Part shown: positions 52,701-64,000 of the stretch, one piece after another
How the letters are laid out: every line of letters starts with the position of its first letter
How positions within the stretch are numbered: the stretch's first letter is position 1
Assembly: GCA_973895155.1 (NCBI GenBank)
Contig: OZ316894.1
Span: 23,806,709 to 23,870,708, forward strand
Origin: Marsupella aquatica
Lineage: Eukaryota > Plantae > Marchantiophyta
Direction of reading: 5' to 3'
Length of the DNA: 64,000 nt
The notes under the pieces: generated by a model
Database searches by the model: none
What the model was told of the DNA's origin: nothing
The model's input: only the letters and a program-made list of their open reading frames with translations
Program-made: the position numbers and the translations under genes

Positions 52701-54325
52701 TACCAGGTACACATTACACCGACTCTCGATTTACATTCTTGAAAAAACGAAATGAGAAAGGCATAGTAGTAAGATATCGAGCCCGGCTAGTAGCCAAAGG
52801 CTACACACAAATCCCGGGCAGGGACTACGATTTAACATACTCACCAGTAATGGACGCTACTACATATCGCTATCTCACAGCACATTCAGTCCACCATAAA
52901 CTGGTTAATAACCTTATGGACGTGGTAACCGCGTACCTTTACGGCACACTCGATACTGAGATATACATGACTGCCCCCCCGGAACTGATAGAGAGGGTCA
53001 AGCAGCACATTCAGGGGGAGACGTCCCAGAACCTGAATACAGAGATTAAAAAGGGCATCAGCCAAATAATACCTGATGGGGATACAAAGGCCCTCTTGAT
53101 GCAAAGTGGAAATACACAGGCAATGCATACCAGAGGAAAGAAATTAACAACAAAACTTACAGTCCAAGTGTTACGTTCCATCAACGGACTTAAACAGAGC
53201 GGCAGAATCTGGTATCAGAAATTCCAGACAGAGATGCTCGCCCTCGGATTTACAAATAGCGGACTGGCCCCCTGCATCTTCATCAAAAAGCATATGGACG
53301 AAGTCCTGATACTAGCACTGTACGTGGACGATGTGAACTTATTCGGGACTAAACAGATGATGAAAGACACAATACATACACTGAAAGGAGTCTTCGAGAT
53401 GAAGGACCTTGGAAGACCCAACCACTGCCTAGGCCTGCAGATCGAACACTTAGAAACAGGCATATTCCTTTACCAATCGACATACACGCAGAAGATACTT
53501 CATCAATTCAACATGCAGAAATCCTACCCTGTCTCCACCCCGATGGAACTCAGATCTCTAGACCCGATCAAAGATATGTTTCGGAAGCGCCAAGAAGACG
53601 AACCCATACTGGGATCAGAAAAACCGTACCTATCAGCGGTGGGCGCCCTTATGTATCTAGCGAACCAGACGAGACCTGACATATCGTTCGCCGTCAGTCT
53701 CTTAGCGAGACACAGCGCACAGCCCACCATCAGGCATTGGAACGGCATCAAGAGGATCATGAGATACCTACAAGGGACGATCGACCTTGGACTATTCTTT
53801 CCTAAGAATAGCCCCGATACGCTTACCGGTTACACTGATGCCGGCTACCTGTCGGACCCCCAGGACTCCAAATCACAGACTGGGTACGTGTTCTTACAGG
53901 GGACGACAGCAATATCTTGGCGAAGTTCAAAGCAAACGATGACCACAACGTCATCCAACCACTCGGAAATCATAGCGTTATACGAGGCGTGCAGAGAAGC
54001 TGTATGGCTACGAAGCATTATCAATCATATTAGGTCCAGCACCGGTAAACCACAGATAACAGAGCCAACCACAATCTACGAAGACAATAAGGCGTGTATC
54101 GACCAGATAACCAACGGAATCCTGAAGACCGAGAGGACCAAGCATATTGACCCCAAGTATTTCTTCACGCAAGAACAACAAGGGAAAAGTATCAATGTTG
54201 CATGGATCAAATCTCAGGACAATCGAGCAGACATGTTTACGAAACCACTACCAGCCGGATTGCACAGAGCGCACCTCGAAGGTATAGGCATGAGCAGATT
54301 GTCCACGATCAAGCCCACCTCATAA
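49712..54325 (+). CDS. Gag-Pol polyprotein (Gag, Zn knuckle, protease, integrase, RT, RNase H)
   Basis: GSNYLTW; CYRCGKIGHIRNAC; IIDSGTSHTIL; WHCQLGH..CIAC; ADICGP / VDGAGEF / QNGIAE; RARLVAKGYTQIPG; LYVDD; MKDLG; YLSAVGALMYLA; GYTDAGY; YEDNKAC; ADMFTK. First ATG at 49712 within ORF 49598-54325. Confidence 0.95.
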   Translation: MNTVEKLLWPALKVDGSNYLTWITDVETYFTSQDLEDTLDTDIDVTLKQKAKAAFLLRQHLTPQLKNEYMNEINPRKLWDLLKARFDHMREIWLPEARRDWHNLRVMDHTTIANYNSALCRITSQLEMCGHPINDIDRIDKTLSTFPESNITLGTQYRNMRFTKYSDLIAHLLVEEKQQIVALQNARKRPAGSDPPPHRPETHYTNYEDKQRGNYRGGRTQFRGGRNQFRGGRNQFRGQGKPYNQPSGSNNTWRRGTMNNRGRGRSNQYDTANNSQKMCYRCGKIGHIRNACAATAQEAHRYINDRNKSRQNPQGHYMEIEEELIASQREETQEQIEVHTSLTDWKYPTLDDPDTGIIDSGTSHTILKHSKYFEAITPSSRAITTIAGLNHIEEGKGRATFILPGGTKITVKSAIYAPKATRNLISFQDIRSNNLQLRTNTQGKTETLQIIQDIQGKPSIRETFALIPPGLYATSIQTFHIHQESEDMTYIWHCQLGHPGTTMYNRIIRDSKGIPKTVKPKVKTACIACSQGKMTIRPSIPKTIFSIPQFLEQINADICGPIDPPSGPFKYFLVIIDSSTKWLQISLLSTRNLAFARILAHILKLRAQFPEYPTRRLRVDGAGEFTSRTFDDFCWAAGIDTQYPVPHVHFQNGIAESVIKRLQMVARPLLMKSNLPTSAWGHAILHAAALIQYRPSAYNSKTPYHLAFGIPPDLSHLRIFGCQVMVPILGPKRTKLGPQRNAGIYVGFDSTSIIRYLEPTTADLFKARHQDCHFYEDQFPQLTNTASTQSKDTTKMPINWKADQNRNDPRTKQADEEVRRLLHLHEMLEKIPDSFNDAANVTRSHNLAANAPSRVQTSSTPANVTAPRAKRGRPPGIKDSQPRQRKTPAANLGTPALEPAITLNVTAINQNDPLSEENEEMSITYMQTGNIYKRPTTQIDEQFAYNVIQEITNDIPDPLTINEAKKQPDWPKWQAAIHTEMDALIKRQVFGPFKMALPGTHYTDSRFTFLKKRNEKGIVVRYRARLVAKGYTQIPGRDYDLTYSPVMDATTYRYLTAHSVHHKLVNNLMDVVTAYLYGTLDTEIYMTAPPELIERVKQHIQGETSQNLNTEIKKGISQIIPDGDTKALLMQSGNTQAMHTRGKKLTTKLTVQVLRSINGLKQSGRIWYQKFQTEMLALGFTNSGLAPCIFIKKHMDEVLILALYVDDVNLFGTKQMMKDTIHTLKGVFEMKDLGRPNHCLGLQIEHLETGIFLYQSTYTQKILHQFNMQKSYPVSTPMELRSLDPIKDMFRKRQEDEPILGSEKPYLSAVGALMYLANQTRPDISFAVSLLARHSAQPTIRHWNGIKRIMRYLQGTIDLGLFFPKNSPDTLTGYTDAGYLSDPQDSKSQTGYVFLQGTTAISWRSSKQTMTTTSSNHSEIIALYEACREAVWLRSIINHIRSSTGKPQITEPTTIYEDNKACIDQITNGILKTERTKHIDPKYFFTQEQQGKSINVAWIKSQDNRADMFTKPLPAGLHRAHLEGIGMSRLSTIKPTS

Positions 54326-54829
54326 CACTGAAGCTCGAAAGGATTACCCAACGACGAAGCTGTCGCCCGATGAAGCCGCCTCCAGATGCCCGACCACCAC
54401 ACTCGGCGAGCGCCACACCACATCCCCGACGTGAAACAACGCAAACCAACGCAAAAACGCCCGACTTGGCCTCACTAACCCAAAGCACAACACGAAGCGA
54501 AGCGCAATACGCAAAACGACATGAAGAACAACACGAGGCGCACACCAGGCAACGAGCTGAGGGGGAGACTAGACACCCATTAGGAACATTCACATAACCC
54601 CACTTAGCACATACGATCAACACTAACTAAGACATGGCAAAAAGGCTTAACCAGGACATTAGATATGGGAAACCACCTATATAAGTGATGGTAGCACTCT
54701 TTCCTCGAGAAGAAAGCGGCGAGGTTTTAATGAGGCTACATCACACAGGTGGACCCCTAAACCGGATTATACCCTAGGTTCAAGAGATGTGGTTACTTTA
54801 TGCTCCTCCATAAACTAACCAAGGGGGAG

Positions 54830-55026
54830 TGTTGTAAACCCTAGTTTACCCCTTAACCATAGGGCGAGAACCCTTAACCATAGTATGAGAACTCCTAACC
54901 ATAGGACCAGTATAAGGGCATTTGCCTACCATGTAACCAAGGGGATATATATATCCCCTCATCAATAGTAATGGATCTATCTTGTTGGAGTATCTTTGAG
55001 TGTTCCTTTAGTTGTCTATTACAACA
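54830..55026 (+). repeat. 3' LTR
   Basis: Follows the PPT aagggggag and is identical to the 5' LTR. Confidence 0.97.
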
Positions 55027-56118
55027 AATTTCTTTTTATTTGTTTTACCTTTTGTAGAAAATTAATCCCAAAGTTTGTTATTCCATTTAAGCTTCCAACA
55101 TTCCTTTTAAATTTTTTTTAAAGAACTAAGGCTATTTAAATGAAGGCCAATGAGATCAAGCTCCCAACAATTTTTGTCGCGCCACTAACCCGGGCCTTAA
55201 ATCCGGGTTAACTCGTTGGCACGCGCACGACCTCCAGTAAGGGTGAGGTTTCGGGCAAGGAGGGGTGTAGTGGCCTTAATTAGTCTAAGTTGGACTATAT
55301 ATAGGTACCAATATAATATTACGCAACCAATACAGACATCATAGGTATATTTGGTTTCCACCGCTGGAAGGATCCCATAGTCAGTGACTCGGACTAACTC
55401 CCGGCTTGGGGACTTTCAAGCCATCGCCGTGACCAGGCTTTGCAGCATACGCTTCCTGACAATCCCAACCATTAGTCCGCACCTGGTACATCCCTTGAAT
55501 GGTGCCTTTGTCAAGGCAAGGCCCACATGCAACACAAACTACTCGCAAAGGATCGGGGGAAAGACAAGGTTTACTCAGATAAGAAGAACCATTTTACACA
55601 GTTGACTCGACTTCTAAGTGATCGGCAGGCCTAACGGCAGTCGATGCCCAGCCTCTACAAGACCCTTTCTCGCACTTGCCCAGCAAGATCGACTCCGGCT
55701 CTCACTCCTTAGTGCTCTCCGATCCTACTCAGGCCGGGACTCCCCGTGCGCAATACTTTTCCTAACTGAAATAAGCCATCAGCCTCTCCCCTCCACTAGC
55801 GGAAGGGGGAGCCTAAATACTACAACCAATGGGGGGGGGGGAGATGCTACCTTCCTCGCAAAGACCTACCTGACTAACTATTTACTGACATGGTTGACTG
55901 CCTGCCCATTGTCGTGTTGACTGTCAGTGGCAAGGGTCGCTGACCACGGCGCTAACATCTAAGTCCTATTGCCAGTCGTTGTAGCCCGTTGATTGCCGCC
56001 TATCCTATGCTGGATGATCCTAACTAACTTGTCCTAATCTTGCCTACCACGTCGCTAATCGGTGCCTAACGACAGCTACTCTGTCACTATGATTATCTCA
56101 AAAAGATACCCTGGCAAG

Positions 56119-56650
56119 ATATAAGGATTTGGTACCATATGGTGCCTAATGCATCATTCTATGAGGAAATGGTACCATATGGTGCCTAATGCACCATTAT
56201 ATAAGGATTTGGTACAATATCCTGCCCAATGCACCATTCTATGAGGAAACGGTACCATATGGTGCCTAATATATGCACCATTATATAAGGATTTGGTACC
56301 ATATCCTGCCTAATATATGCACCATTATATAAGGATTTGGTACAATATCCTGCCTAATGCACCATTCTATGAGGAAATGGTACCATATCCTGCCTAATGC
56401 ATCATTCTATGAGGAAATGGTACCATATGGTGCCTAATGCATCATTCTATGTGGAAATGGTACCATATGGTGCCTAGTGCACCATTCTATGAGGATATGG
56501 GACCATATGGTGCCTAATGCATCATTCTATGAGGAAATGGTACCATATGGTGTCTAATGCACCATTATATAAGAAAATGGTACCATATCCTGCCTAATGC
56601 ATCATTTTATGAGGAAATGGTACCATATCCTGCCTAATGCCTCTATGAGG
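56119..56650 (+). repeat. Tandem array of ~39-bp units (~13-14 copies)
   Basis: Unit ggtaccatat(ggtgcc|cctgcc)taatgca(t|c)catt(ctatgaggaaat|atataaggattt). Confidence 0.95.
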
Positions 56651-58189
56651 ATTGAAAAACATAATAGGAAAAGCATTGAAAAACACAGAATAGTGCCACA
56701 ATTTGCCCCTATTTTAGGACAAAAATAGGGAACAAACAAAATATGTGGAGAACGGACTATGTTTTCCCAGACTAAAAATCACCAAAATCAAGTGAAGTTA
56801 CATTCCCGGACCTTACAACCCTTTATTATAGTTTGTAATGGTACCTTATTGTTTGAACTCTACCTGAATATGGGCCGGGTATCATTTTGCGTACATCCTC
56901 TACCTTAATATCACCGCGGGGACGATTTGGTGTGAAGTTATCCTAATGTATGCAAGGCGTAATCATTAAAAGTCAACTTGGCTACATATGAGGAAGGCAA
57001 CATTACTGTTTGGGCTGGACTAGTGCGCTTATAATGTATTACGCAACAAACTGACACGCATGTTAAATATACTGACTGTAGTTGGTCAAACGCTTATTCA
57101 ATGCCGTCAAATGCGCTCTTGGTGGACCGAAAAGAATGATGAAGGTGTTCGTGGAGAAAGGTGTTTGTGATGAATGTGTTCGTGCTTTGCTCTTCAGCAA
57201 GGTGAAGCCAGAGTCTGCTGCGTGCTCTTTTGTGTATTGCCAATATGCCGATGGAACCGAAGGAACGATGTTCGTGTCAATACAAATGTTCGCATCCACA
57301 GAATGGGTTTGATTTCATCAGCCCAAGAACTCGACAACGACATGCACAGCTTGACAAACTTGGCAAGGTCATTCCCGCAAAGTTTATTGTGGATCGGGGA
57401 AACTTTGATGGCCATGGCAAACCGTTTCAAGAGTCAAATGGAGCACATGCAACCTTGGGTAATGCACAGACTCAATTGTCCCGACAACAAGAATGGCAGA
57501 ATAGACACGCAACAGAGCCGTATAGGGCCCTTACGGGAGGAGATGGTCATCTCGGGGGGTTAACTAAGTGTATATTTTGGGGTACCATGTGCGATCCTAG
57601 CCTAATATAAATAGACCTATTTTATAAAGAAAATATTCCAAGAATATTCTCCATTTTCAATATTAATAACCTATTTTATTTTATAAAAAGTATATATTAG
57701 AGAATATTCTATAAACATGAGTTTATAATACCTTCTTTTGCCTCCTACGATTTTTAAAAATTTAGTTAATTTCATCAAAAATACCTATTTTGGATCGCAC
57801 GTGGTTCCTAAGATTTTTGATAGTCAACCCCCCGAGTTGGTCATGCACATATGGGAACAAACAATGTGCCAAATTACATGGATGTGGATGCGGATGCCCG
57901 GGGTCCTCACTTCTTTTCTTCTGACCCATCACGCGTGAATAAGTATAGGGTTTTTTAATTGGGTTTAGTGAAATACTTTTAAATTTATGTTGAAGAACAT
58001 TAGGGTTATTTTAATCCAATTTTGAGAATTATAAGAATCATAGGGGTTTTTTAAATCAAATATGGGAATATTCTTGGAATATTCCATTAAATTAGGGGTA
58101 AAAAATTTCCTAAAAAAAACTTTATTGACTTAACTTTTAGGGTGTTTATTCCCCCAAAATTTCGAGCGTGATATGAGACACCCCTTGGA

Positions 58190-61100
58190 TTGAGGCCCCC
58201 GAGTGCGGATGCAATTAATGGTCCGCTTCCCATACAGTATTGGATACACATTTTGCCGCAAATCAATTTGAACGTGGACGAAGCAATATATCGGCAGACT
58301 TGGAGATTCCAGTCCATGCTTGATGAGGCCAAAATGCCTCAGGCTTTGCAAGACAATATTTTGAAAATGCTGTTTGGGAAGGTTCAGATGCCCGCATCAG
58401 AAAATGACACAAGTCCAGCCAACTTGGAAGGTGTAGGATTGGGTGCCCTCCTACGCATGGCTGGTGTGGCGTGGGACGAAGGACTCCATGGAATAGATGC
58501 GTTATCATCATTCAAGGATTTGTGTGGCACTTTTGAGTGATATGGGATGCCAAAGACCCAACGGTGGAGGATGTGTATTGGAGAGAAACCGAACTGGCAT
58601 AGTCAAGTTGTATTACAGCCGTCACTCCAAGATGACTACAATGTTCGAAGCAGAGTTAAGTATATTTGTTCAGACACAGGGAGTAAGTGGCCCTGGGCCC
58701 CCACTCCTTTCTAATACGGGGAGGACGTGAGAACCATTCAAGGGTCATTTTTATCCCTTCGGCGGTAATTTTTATAATTCGCTTACAATTCCGCAACCTC
58801 CGCATGTATACCGAAACCACTTTGTAATTTTGCAAGATCCCTTGAAATGACATCCTTCTTACTTTTGCGAAAGGCTAAATCAATAGGTAGCAACACGCGC
58901 CATCATATTGTTGGTACACATGTCAAATTATAATTGGTACACGTGTATTATCCTTACAGTATCCATATCTCCTTCATAGATTAAAATAGTAATACTGGTA
59001 GCTATGCTAAGCCAAAAAAAATTGAAGGAAGGATTGGGGGCGATCCTGGGGGGATGGACCGGGTGTGTGGAGTGAAATTGTAATATATGAAGGATAATTA
59101 TTATTGCCCAAAACTCCCTTTTGTAATACACTGAAGATACTTTAATAAGATGAAATTTTTGGTTTTTATAAAAAACAAGGATAATCTCTATAGGAGAAAA
59201 ATTAATAAGAAGGGGTACCTGTGTAGGGGAGGCTCACAGGTATGATTGTATAATATACAAAGAGTGAGGGCCCAAGGGTAAGTGGCATCTAGCTAGGGAT
59301 TGTGTGCATTGTTCTGAACGTTGCCCAATGGATGGATGTGGCAAAGCTCCTAAGGAGATGCTTTGGTTTGAATACTTCTCTATCGGTCCCATGTTGCGGA
59401 AACTATGCAGTAGTCGTTCTGTTTGTCATGAGTTTCAGCAAATGTGGAGGGACAAAGATAGGTGGTTTCAAAGGGATAACACACCTAGGTCGTTGTACAA
59501 GGAATGGTGGGACGGCTATCGCGCGGCAGAGCTATCCTATTTTTGGGACACCAGCACACAATTTGAGGTTCCTGTCTTGTGCAGAAGATGTTATGCATGC
59601 TATGCAACAACACCCAAAGAATGCAACGAGCTGTTGGATACGGCCAATTGGGATGATGTGTCCAAACAATATGACTTTCAATGCACAGATTGCCGATCTA
59701 GAGTGACTGCCCCAAAGCAACTCACAAAGGTTAGTCGTGTATTGCTTGCATTGTTGGAATACCAGTGGGGTATTGCTTGCATCGTCGGAGTACAAGTGGG
59801 GTAATAGTGGGGTAATAATTGCATCATTAGAATACCAGTGGGGTAACCGATTAACAATAGTAAATACGTTCACCCATCCAAACGTTTGTGCAAGGTGACC
59901 CTCAAAACATTGCGCTCCTGGCACATTGGGATGGATTTCAGTCTGCTAAGACTGCCCACAAAAGCACATGGACTGTGGAGGTTCAAGTGATAAATGTCGG
60001 GGTACAATCAGGATTACCACCCATTCCTGTTCTCTTCATCCCGCTCTGTGATGATGATGATGTAGGAAAAAAAACTAAAATGCTTGGATGCTTTCTTAGA
60101 ACCATTCATAAGAGAACTTCAGCAGTTGTACGTGGATGGCATTTAGGTGTATTACAATTACCCCGTGGAACTACTAGATAATACCCTTGTACTGCTCGAG
60201 AAGAACAGTGTTGTAAGAGCAGTTCTTGTAGTTTTCACTGGAGATCATCCTGCCCAATTCAAATTTGGGGGCTGGGCTGTTATTGGTCATTCGGGATGTA
60301 GGAATTGTAAGATGAGCACTCGATGGAGAAAGTATAAACCCCACAATACAGGAATTGAGACTAACCAGTCACAACACCAAGGTATTTTGGGAAGGGTTGT
60401 CTATGACAATAATAGAAGGCAGATGTGTTATCCTCCATGTACTAGAGACCCTGAAGAGGTGAGGGAGGGTGCCAGAAAAATCAGTAGGGCGGGAACAAAC
60501 GCAGAAAGGGTGATGATAAGCAGGGATTGCGGGATTTCATCAATGACAAGGGCTTGGAGACTACATGAGCTAACTGGATTTTGTTTGAGCAAGGATCTGG
60601 TGTACGATACAATGCATATTCTTGCCTTGTGCCTTTTCAAAAAATATTGTGAAATTCTAATTAGCAGTATTCCCCGTGCTGACCAAAAAAAATTTGAAAA
60701 TGCCCTGGATGAAGTAACTGCAGCTAGGAAACCGACAGGGTTTGATGGTAGGTGGCCAAAGGCACCATTCGAAAGATTGGGATATTTCAAGGCAGAAGAG
60801 TTCACAAGATTCATATTGTAATGTGTGCCCCATATCCTCCATGAGATGGACATTAGTCTCCACTCTGAACTTGGGACACTTGGGGTTCTTTTGGTAGAGA
60901 TTGCACGTCTGTTCTATATCCGAAGTAGACAAGAGGGTTGGACTACTACAACAATCAGCAAAGGCCAGTCACTACTGGCATCTTGGAGGGTTTGCTCTGA
61001 AGATGCTTGGGGGCCCAATGGAGCAATTCTAGCTAGAGCATGTTGCTGGTAAGGTTCCCCTTTGTTTTTATTCCATTTAGCTTCATATGAGAATGGGGTA

Positions 61101-62552
61101 CCAATAATAAGGTTCAAATATTGCTCATATCCTTGTCTCTTCTCGATGATGATTTGTAGGGAGTGGTGAGATTTTTGATGGAATAGAAAGGCATGGCCCA
61201 CACTATGTTTATTGGTGCTACCGCTTTGAATGAATGGTGTCAGACTATGGACGCACTCGCACCAATCAAAAGGACCAAGAAATAACGTTCTTCCTTCATT
61301 TTGCAAGACGTTTTTTCACAAAAATATCGTTAGTTATTTGGGAAGATAACGATGGACTTTTCCCTCATCAAAGAGCTTTGTCAAAAGTACATGACTCTCT
61401 GCGTGTGACTGTGGATCATCACAAAGAGCACAGGTCAAGAGACACCCAGGTGTTCGAATGCCCAGAGTAGCACGGAAAATCAGTGTCCATAGTTTCCAAT
61501 CAATTGTTGGGCTTAGAATTGTGAGAGGGTATGCTGTGCTTTGTGGAGTCATATGGTTGCAAGCAGATGATTGCAAGCAAAAGGGTGGGCATAGGCTCAA
61601 ACACGAATCTGACCCAGAAATTGGGGCCGTCCGCCAAACTCTCTTTAAAGAAACTTTGGACAAGTGCTGGAGTATTTAACCACATGACTGTTGACGACAA
61701 CGTCAATGACAAATGCACTCCACTGCGATCAATTGTGTGGAAAGTGGAAGTTTACAGTCCTGGTGATCACATAGTTGTACTGGTAGATGGGAGTACGGAT
61801 ACTACACATCCTCAAAATTGGAAAGTTGTCATCCGCAAACTTGTCATGCACGAATTTGGAGGCCACATGGATATATTCTTTGAGGCTGATTGGTACAAAC
61901 AGCGATATGAATAGGATCCAAGACGACATGTAGTGTCTTGGGAACGAGATGAGTATTCCCAGTTTACTATTTTGGAACCTAAATTATCCCACGCACATGG
62001 CAACAACTAAAACATATATCAAGAATTCTTCACAAGTTCTTCCCAATTAGAAGAGGCGGTGTGGCTGGTGGAGGGGGGAGGGAAATAGTGGTCTTAGAGA
62101 TTGGAGATACGCTACTTTGAGAACTCCTTGCAACTATTGCCAACTGCCCACCTTTCCCAGAGGTAGGAGATATAATGAGTACATTTACGGATGACTCTGT
62201 GTTGGATGTCGATTCATTCCCTGAACTTTGTGTAGTGAGGGAGGTCATCATGCCCAGGCATGACACAGGGGCGGAAGATGATGCAACAGGATTGGACGAT
62301 GCGTCTGACGGGGAGGAATCAGGGCTGGAAGATACAAACAAGACTCCCAATGCAGACAGGTCTGAGAAGGACCTGGGAAAAGTTGGTGTGACCTGGCTGA
62401 CGGTAGTGGGTTCTCGATCAAATTGTCCTGTGTACAAAGCAAATACCCAAATCAACGAAAAAATTGGGTTTGAAAGATTAGTCGCATTGAAGGGTGAATT
62501 TCGCACCATTGCAACTACCAACGGTATATCTACATGGTGGAATATGGTGTAG
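58190..62552 (+). pseudogene. Fragmented CACTA/EnSpm-like (Transposase_21-type) DNA transposase remnant
   Basis: FEYFSIGPMLRKL; WWDG..A; GDPQNIALLAHWDGFQS (first catalytic D region); VRAVLVVFTGDHPAQ..GW..GHSGCRNC (DxPA plus CxxC); DLVYDTMHIL; RWPK..FKAEE; WCYRF*. Interrupted by introns, stops and frameshifts. Termini not found. Confidence 0.7.
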
Positions 62553-64000
62553 ATTGTGACCATGGGTGTACGTTGCAGCGGGCATTGCGGTAGTGAAACC
62601 GTTGGGGACGGTGTGAGTTATGTTGTTTTAGTGGGGTATGTTGGGTAATGAGGGGTATGCAGGATGCCTACGAAGTAGATGGCTATGATTCAGATGGACG
62701 GCTATGATTATGCAAAAAGTGAATCAACGGCCAGTAAGGTGTCTGAGAATGGGCGGATGATGAGGTTTGGGAGTGAAATGTATGAGCGTGAGGAAAGTAC
62801 GCTTAGGGGCTACGGGGCTACATTTAGGGTAATGATCGGTCACTTTTAGGGAGTGTAATGGTGACGGCACACACAAGGCTTTGCGGGAGTGATTACTGCA
62901 GCCCGTAAGGTCATTGTTGGTCGTGATGAAATGTTGGCGCACAGAGGATACATGTTTACGATACATATGAAGAAAGGAAGGCTTGCTACATTTCATTGTG
63001 GAGCTTCCTACAGTTTCCAGTAGTGATGTGTAATCCATTTTTGCAATACTTACGACGTGCCTTCTCCTACAGACATTCCAGTTGATTCCTTTTTATAGCG
63101 TCTTCTGCAGATTGCTCCCACTTACTTTCATTTTGTGCAGCATGACATAGGGTACGAGAGAATGGCATTGGGTATGAGAGGGATACCTATTAATGATAGT
63201 GGTGAAAAGTCTAATGGCGACTAGCAGTCGCCCTAGTGGTCGACACCCAATTGTGACAAGAAGTCGCCTTGCAAGTCGACCCCCAATGGCGACAAGAAGT
63301 CGTGCACACAGTGCTGGTCATCCGACGCAAACTTCAAACCTCATGCAGGAAACTAAGGACGTCAAAGATAGTGAGCACTTCTCACTAATGTTATTTTGAA
63401 CATTGCAGTTGTTTGCTTATAATGTTGGGATTCTTATTCATGCTCTGTTTTTATAGCTCAGGAGACGCAAACGATATGGAAGTCGTTTACTAGGACACAA
63501 ATATAGAATGTACTGGAGATGGTGCCATCCAAACATAAATTGGTGAAATCGGTGGGTCTCGTGAATACCCTGGAGCTTGATTGGCCACCAGCAGCAATTC
63601 TAGCTGTGAAGGATTTTGCCATGGGGTACGATGGCCACCTCAACACAGTTCACTTTTGGGGTGTTGTTCTCAATTCACAAGGATGTAATTCGACAGGCGT
63701 TCAGTCTCCCCACGGGAAATTTTGCAGAATTATCGACTGAGTGGGTTGACGGTCAAATCGATTCAATCTTTACAAAATGGGTTGCGGGAAACCCATACAC
63801 CATTGGACATTTCAGCTCACCCTTCATCAATTGGTGTGGGATTATCAAGGTGCTGAATTCCTTGCTTTTATGCAAGCGCAAACCCAATCAGGTGAACGCA
63901 AGGCAAATGTGGGTGTATTGGGCATACTGGTGGAATGAAATTGTGGAGTGTGATCGATTTGAAGGTGTTGCGACTCCAATTGTGAAGCCGGATTGGGCGG

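Larger units (their letters stand above)
49155..55026 (+). mobile_element. Intact Ty1/copia LTR retrotransposon, Bianca-like lineage
   Basis: Identical 197-bp LTRs (49155-49351, 54830-55026) with TGTTGTAA...TTACAACA ends. TSD aattt (49150-49154, 55027-55031). PBS cgttatcagcacga at 49352. PPT aagggggag at 54821-54829. One long gag-pol ORF. Confidence 0.97.

Noticed and set aside
54202-54623. Extra ORFs after pol (env-like or antisense ORF)
   Set aside because: Short, low-complexity, no ATG-led conserved domain or convincing transmembrane pattern.
56119-56650. CRISPR-like palindromic repeat array
   Set aside because: Units are contiguous with only two alternating variants and no unique spacers.
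57580-58083. Short inverted repeats in an AT-rich stretch (57633-57654 / 58062-58083)
   Set aside because: Real but short and low-complexity. They could not be extended into a defined element.
56085-63313. CACTA (56085) ... CAGTG (63309-63313) as transposon termini
   Set aside because: No extended TIR match beyond a few bases and no 3-bp TSD (tgt versus ctg).

Overview
Eukaryotic land-plant nuclear DNA with spliceosomal introns. It is most consistent with a bryophyte, probably a liverwort (inference from gene content and style). Host genes: a multi-exon mitochondrial FAD-linked D-lactate dehydrogenase (-), a GH38 alpha-mannosidase with only 3 introns, all at the 5' end (+), an RMND1/Sif2/DUF155 (RRG-like) gene (+), a Tubby-domain gene with no visible F-box (-), a secreted bacterial-type vanadium-haloperoxidase-like gene with an intronless CDS and altered active-site motifs (-), a U2 snRNA gene (+) and a DUF538 gene (+). 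Mobile DNA: a young intact Bianca-like Ty1/copia element (identical 197-bp LTRs, 5-bp TSD, half-tRNA-Ile PBS, long insertion in RT), a tRNA-derived SINE with a 16-bp TSD, several MITE/foldback elements, a decayed LINE, a decayed CACTA-like transposase and several tandem-repeat arrays. Most notable: the pseudo-haloperoxidase, an inverted copy of the D-LDH last exon inside one of its own introns, the 3'-biased intron loss in the mannosidase, the animal/ciliary-like Tubby and the oddities of the copia element. All calls were made by eye and no searches were run.
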